The position numbers and the translations under genes were made by a program. 64,000 bases of DNA, taken from positions 1,395 to 65,394 of the forward strand of contig JACNKA010000116.1 in the NCBI GenBank assembly GCA_014382285.1, given 5' to 3'. Source of the DNA: Nitrospinota bacterium. Lineage in GTDB: Bacteria; Nitrospinota; Nitrospinia; Nitrospinales; VA-1. Each line of letters begins with the position of its first letter. The first letter of the stretch is position 1. Positions 61,828 through 64,000 of this stretch are shown here, one piece after another. A model generated the notes under the pieces. It worked only from the letters and a program-made list of their open reading frames with translations. It did not search any database and was not told the DNA's origin.

Positions 61828-63660
61828 TCAAAGGTCCTGGATGAAACGTTGTGCGTAGGAGCGGATGTTTTTCCCGTTCAGCACATGGAACCGCCTTACT
61901 TTTTCAATCGTCTGATTAGAAAATCGTTTCAAAGGAATATGGATGATTTTTTTACCATATCTTTTAGCAAGCCTCCGCCAGGTTATCCGTGGTGTACAGG
62001 GTGATACAACCGTGACATGCTTTTCTTTTGAATGAAAAAAAGCCGCCTCCAGAAGTCTTTCCTCAAGGGTGTCAGAAGAATGTATGCGCGGATCCTGCCA
62101 TATATCCGGAATAGGGCGTGGAGGATAGATCATCATGCACCCTCCATAAGTGGCTTGTCCAATACCAGGCCCGATTAAATTACTCATATATTCAGTCGCG
62201 AAAAAACACAGCGTAGATTCCTCATTATGTTCGGCGTACCAGGTCTGACACCAGCTGTATTTCTGCGGATCGGGTTCAGGATCAAAAAGAAAGACGATGA
62301 TTTCGACCTGTCCTCTGGAGGGAGGAATTTCTTTCACGTAAATATCTCCCGTATGCCAGTGACGCAGGGTGTCCCGAATGTCTATGCCATCTTTAACGGA
62401 GGATGTGAACTTTTCGGTTCGGGCCAGATCGTGACTCAATAAAAGTTTAGTTTGCTCACGCACATGGGTGTTCAGATTTTCTATTTTCTCATCCTCCACT
62501 GGCCAGGAGCACTGGCCATAAGGGTCCCAGTCGTATTGCCATTTTACTTGTGACTGGATGTCCGGCTCAGGTTTTAAATTTAGAGTACGCCATTCAAAAT
62601 GGGTTTCCGACAAGCGGTTTTTCATGATGACCGGTTTGGCACCTTCTTCATGCGGCATGGCCTGATCGATCCCCAGCGAAAGGCTTTCTGGTAAATTATC
62701 ATCGGGTTCGAACGGATATTCTCTGGCTGCTTCCAAAACTGCGATAGCAAAGGGGTCTCCCCCGAATTGTTTGGCAGCGTTTACCAGCGTGTAGAGGTCG
62801 GGCAGAAGACGAGACTCCATCAAAGTCAGGTTACGAATGTACTGCAAAAGAATTTGGAAAGTCTGCGAGGTCAGGTTGTGATAACGAATTTTGTGTTTTT
62901 TAATGAACAATTCACGGGCGCGCAGGAGAATTTCTTTTACCCCGTCAACCGGTGTATTTTTGTCGGGCCGTAATTCCTGCCGCTTCTTTTCATACAAGTA
63001 TGTCACATAGGGCAATTCGGTGAGCGCAAAGAATAAGGTTTGTTTATCCACGCCATGTAATGCTGGCAAACCCTCAGCTTTTTGCGGAGGAGTGACCTCC
63101 AGCCGTTCATCATAAGCCTCCTTAACCCAAGGCCAATCAAGGATGGAACATATGAAAACTATATTGGTATATTCCATCTCCAACTGATGCAGTTGATAGG
63201 CCATCCAACGTGCCCGCCAGAAGTGTTGGCCCTTATCCTTGGGCCGCTTTTGGGTTAAGAGCAGAGTACTGACAAACTTCTCGTAGGATATCTGGCTCAA
63301 TGCAAAACTGTCGGGAAAGTCGACACTTCTTTTTTCATAACTTTCCGTGCTCCAGTCTATAAAATGACGCGGTATCCCTTCCTGCATGGCAACGCGTAAA
63401 CCCATGATTATCGGCTGGCTGGGATCAATGGGTACATAATTCATTTCACCCTCTTGCTCGACCTGGCAACTCAGGGAAATGTTCGGGAGGATGTCGATAC
63501 CTTCTTCAACTGTTTGCTTGAATTCAGGCGGGAGTGCGACTGCCAGACAATCACAGGGAATCGATAAGAGTTGCTTGCGTATTTCCCGCGAAAAGCTTCC
63601 GCTACCATGGATCACAGGCAAAAATTGAATACGATCACTGAGCTTGAGGGCTTGACTCAT
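61828..63660 (-). CDS. Large uncharacterised protein with TraB/GumN-like, DUF5682-like N-terminus
   Basis: 610 aa. The N-terminal 'IQFLPVIHGSGSFSREIRKQLLSIPCDCLAVALPPEF' resembles the 'hhhGhrHhGpGSa...P D hh hE P' opening of TraB/DUF5682 proteins. I do not recognise the rest. It starts 12 nt after the upstream AAA-like ORF stop. Confidence 0.45.
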   Translation of the reverse strand: MSQALKLSDRIQFLPVIHGSGSFSREIRKQLLSIPCDCLAVALPPEFKQTVEEGIDILPNISLSCQVEQEGEMNYVPIDPSQPIIMGLRVAMQEGIPRHFIDWSTESYEKRSVDFPDSFALSQISYEKFVSTLLLTQKRPKDKGQHFWRARWMAYQLHQLEMEYTNIVFICSILDWPWVKEAYDERLEVTPPQKAEGLPALHGVDKQTLFFALTELPYVTYLYEKKRQELRPDKNTPVDGVKEILLRARELFIKKHKIRYHNLTSQTFQILLQYIRNLTLMESRLLPDLYTLVNAAKQFGGDPFAIAVLEAAREYPFEPDDNLPESLSLGIDQAMPHEEGAKPVIMKNRLSETHFEWRTLNLKPEPDIQSQVKWQYDWDPYGQCSWPVEDEKIENLNTHVREQTKLLLSHDLARTEKFTSSVKDGIDIRDTLRHWHTGDIYVKEIPPSRGQVEIIVFLFDPEPDPQKYSWCQTWYAEHNEESTLCFFATEYMSNLIGPGIGQATYGGCMMIYPPRPIPDIWQDPRIHSSDTLEERLLEAAFFHSKEKHVTVVSPCTPRITWRRLAKRYGKKIIHIPLKRFSNQTIEKVRRFHVLNGKNIRSYAQRFIQDL

Positions 63661-63672
63661 AGTTTTAAGTTC

Positions 63673-64000
63673 CTAGTGGTCACTATCAGGATGCAATGGA
63701 TTGTCATCATTAAAAAAGAAATCTCCAAGACCCATTGGCAGTCTTTCTTCACCTAAAGATCGCCTGTTTCGGGCTGCGAGAGAATCCAAATCGAGAGCTT
63801 CTTCACCGAGAACTTTACTGATGGCCTCTTGCCATATGGTGTCTTTAGCCAGAGGACTGTCCTTTTCCTGACTCATTCGTTTCAGCGCATACCGGAGGAT
63901 GTGAATGCCATCGCGGGGTGAAAAATCCAGATCTAATTGATGAGATTTTTGCAGGAACTCAGCAGTCATTATTAACAATTCTTCTTCTGAATAGGGCAGG
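63673..64000 (-). CDS. C-terminal part of a MoxR/AAA_5-like ATPase (truncated by window edge)
   Basis: The reading frame stays open to position 64000 (..LPYSEEELLIMTAEF..). 'FSPRDGIHILRYALKRM' resembles the AAA+ lid-domain 'SPRa...LLRaA.a.A' segment of MoxR-type ATPases. No Walker motifs are visible because they lie outside the window. Confidence 0.4.
   Translation of the reverse strand, partial: LPYSEEELLIMTAEFLQKSHQLDLDFSPRDGIHILRYALKRMSQEKDSPLAKDTIWQEAISKVLGEEALDLDSLAARNRRSLGEERLPMGLGDFFFNDDNPLHPDSDH

Overview
This 64 kb window looks like chromosomal core genome from a non-model, moderately AT-rich bacterium. I call about 70 CDSs. I recognised no rRNA, tRNA, CRISPR array, prophage or intact mobile element by eye. 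Gene content suggests a Nitrospinota/Nitrospirota-like or delta-proteobacteria-like chemolithotroph, but that is inference only. The hints are a CydA-only 'cytochrome bd-like' protein, several membrane c-type cytochromes, exported FGE-domain and TPR lipoproteins, and a yceD-rpmF-plsX-fabHDG-acpP-fabF-rnc cluster.

Housekeeping genes I recognise:
- DNA, RNA and translation: ridA, recO, ogt, rlmN, rdgB, hisS, typA, xerD, rnc.
- Metabolism: lpdA, bolA, acs, fbp, eda, thrH, an M32 carboxypeptidase, and the complete fab cluster.
- Envelope and transport: TRAP dctQM, sppA, mgtE, murJ.
- Regulation: fur, and a c-di-GMP pair (REC-GAF-GAF-GGDEF and GAF-HD-GYP).

Most interesting observations:
1. A terminator-bounded two-gene operon (13398-16809). 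It encodes a 690-aa CydA-like protein with no cydB. The protein carries an acidic periplasmic linker and a 4-helix insertion after helix 1. It is coupled to a 4-TM diheme cytochrome c. This is a candidate non-canonical oxidase or electron-transfer module.
2. An iron-uptake locus. A near-consensus sigma70 promoter abuts a Fur box (55248-55295). It drives a periplasmic mono-heme cytochrome c fused to an FTR1 permease with a His-rich cytoplasmic tail. A small half-ferritin (EncFtn/rubrerythrin-like) gene lies just upstream.
3. At the window edge, a MoxR-like AAA+ C-terminus followed by a 610-aa TraB/DUF5682-like protein. This system is uncharacterised and truncated.
4. A ~174-nt rod-like structured element between xerD and the yceD promoter.
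5. A family of CCCCTC/GAGGGG palindromic hairpin elements at two loci.
6. An orphan HEPN protein (HI0074-type) whose catalytic motif is degenerate.

All family assignments come from motif recognition by eye. No HMM or BLAST search could be run.
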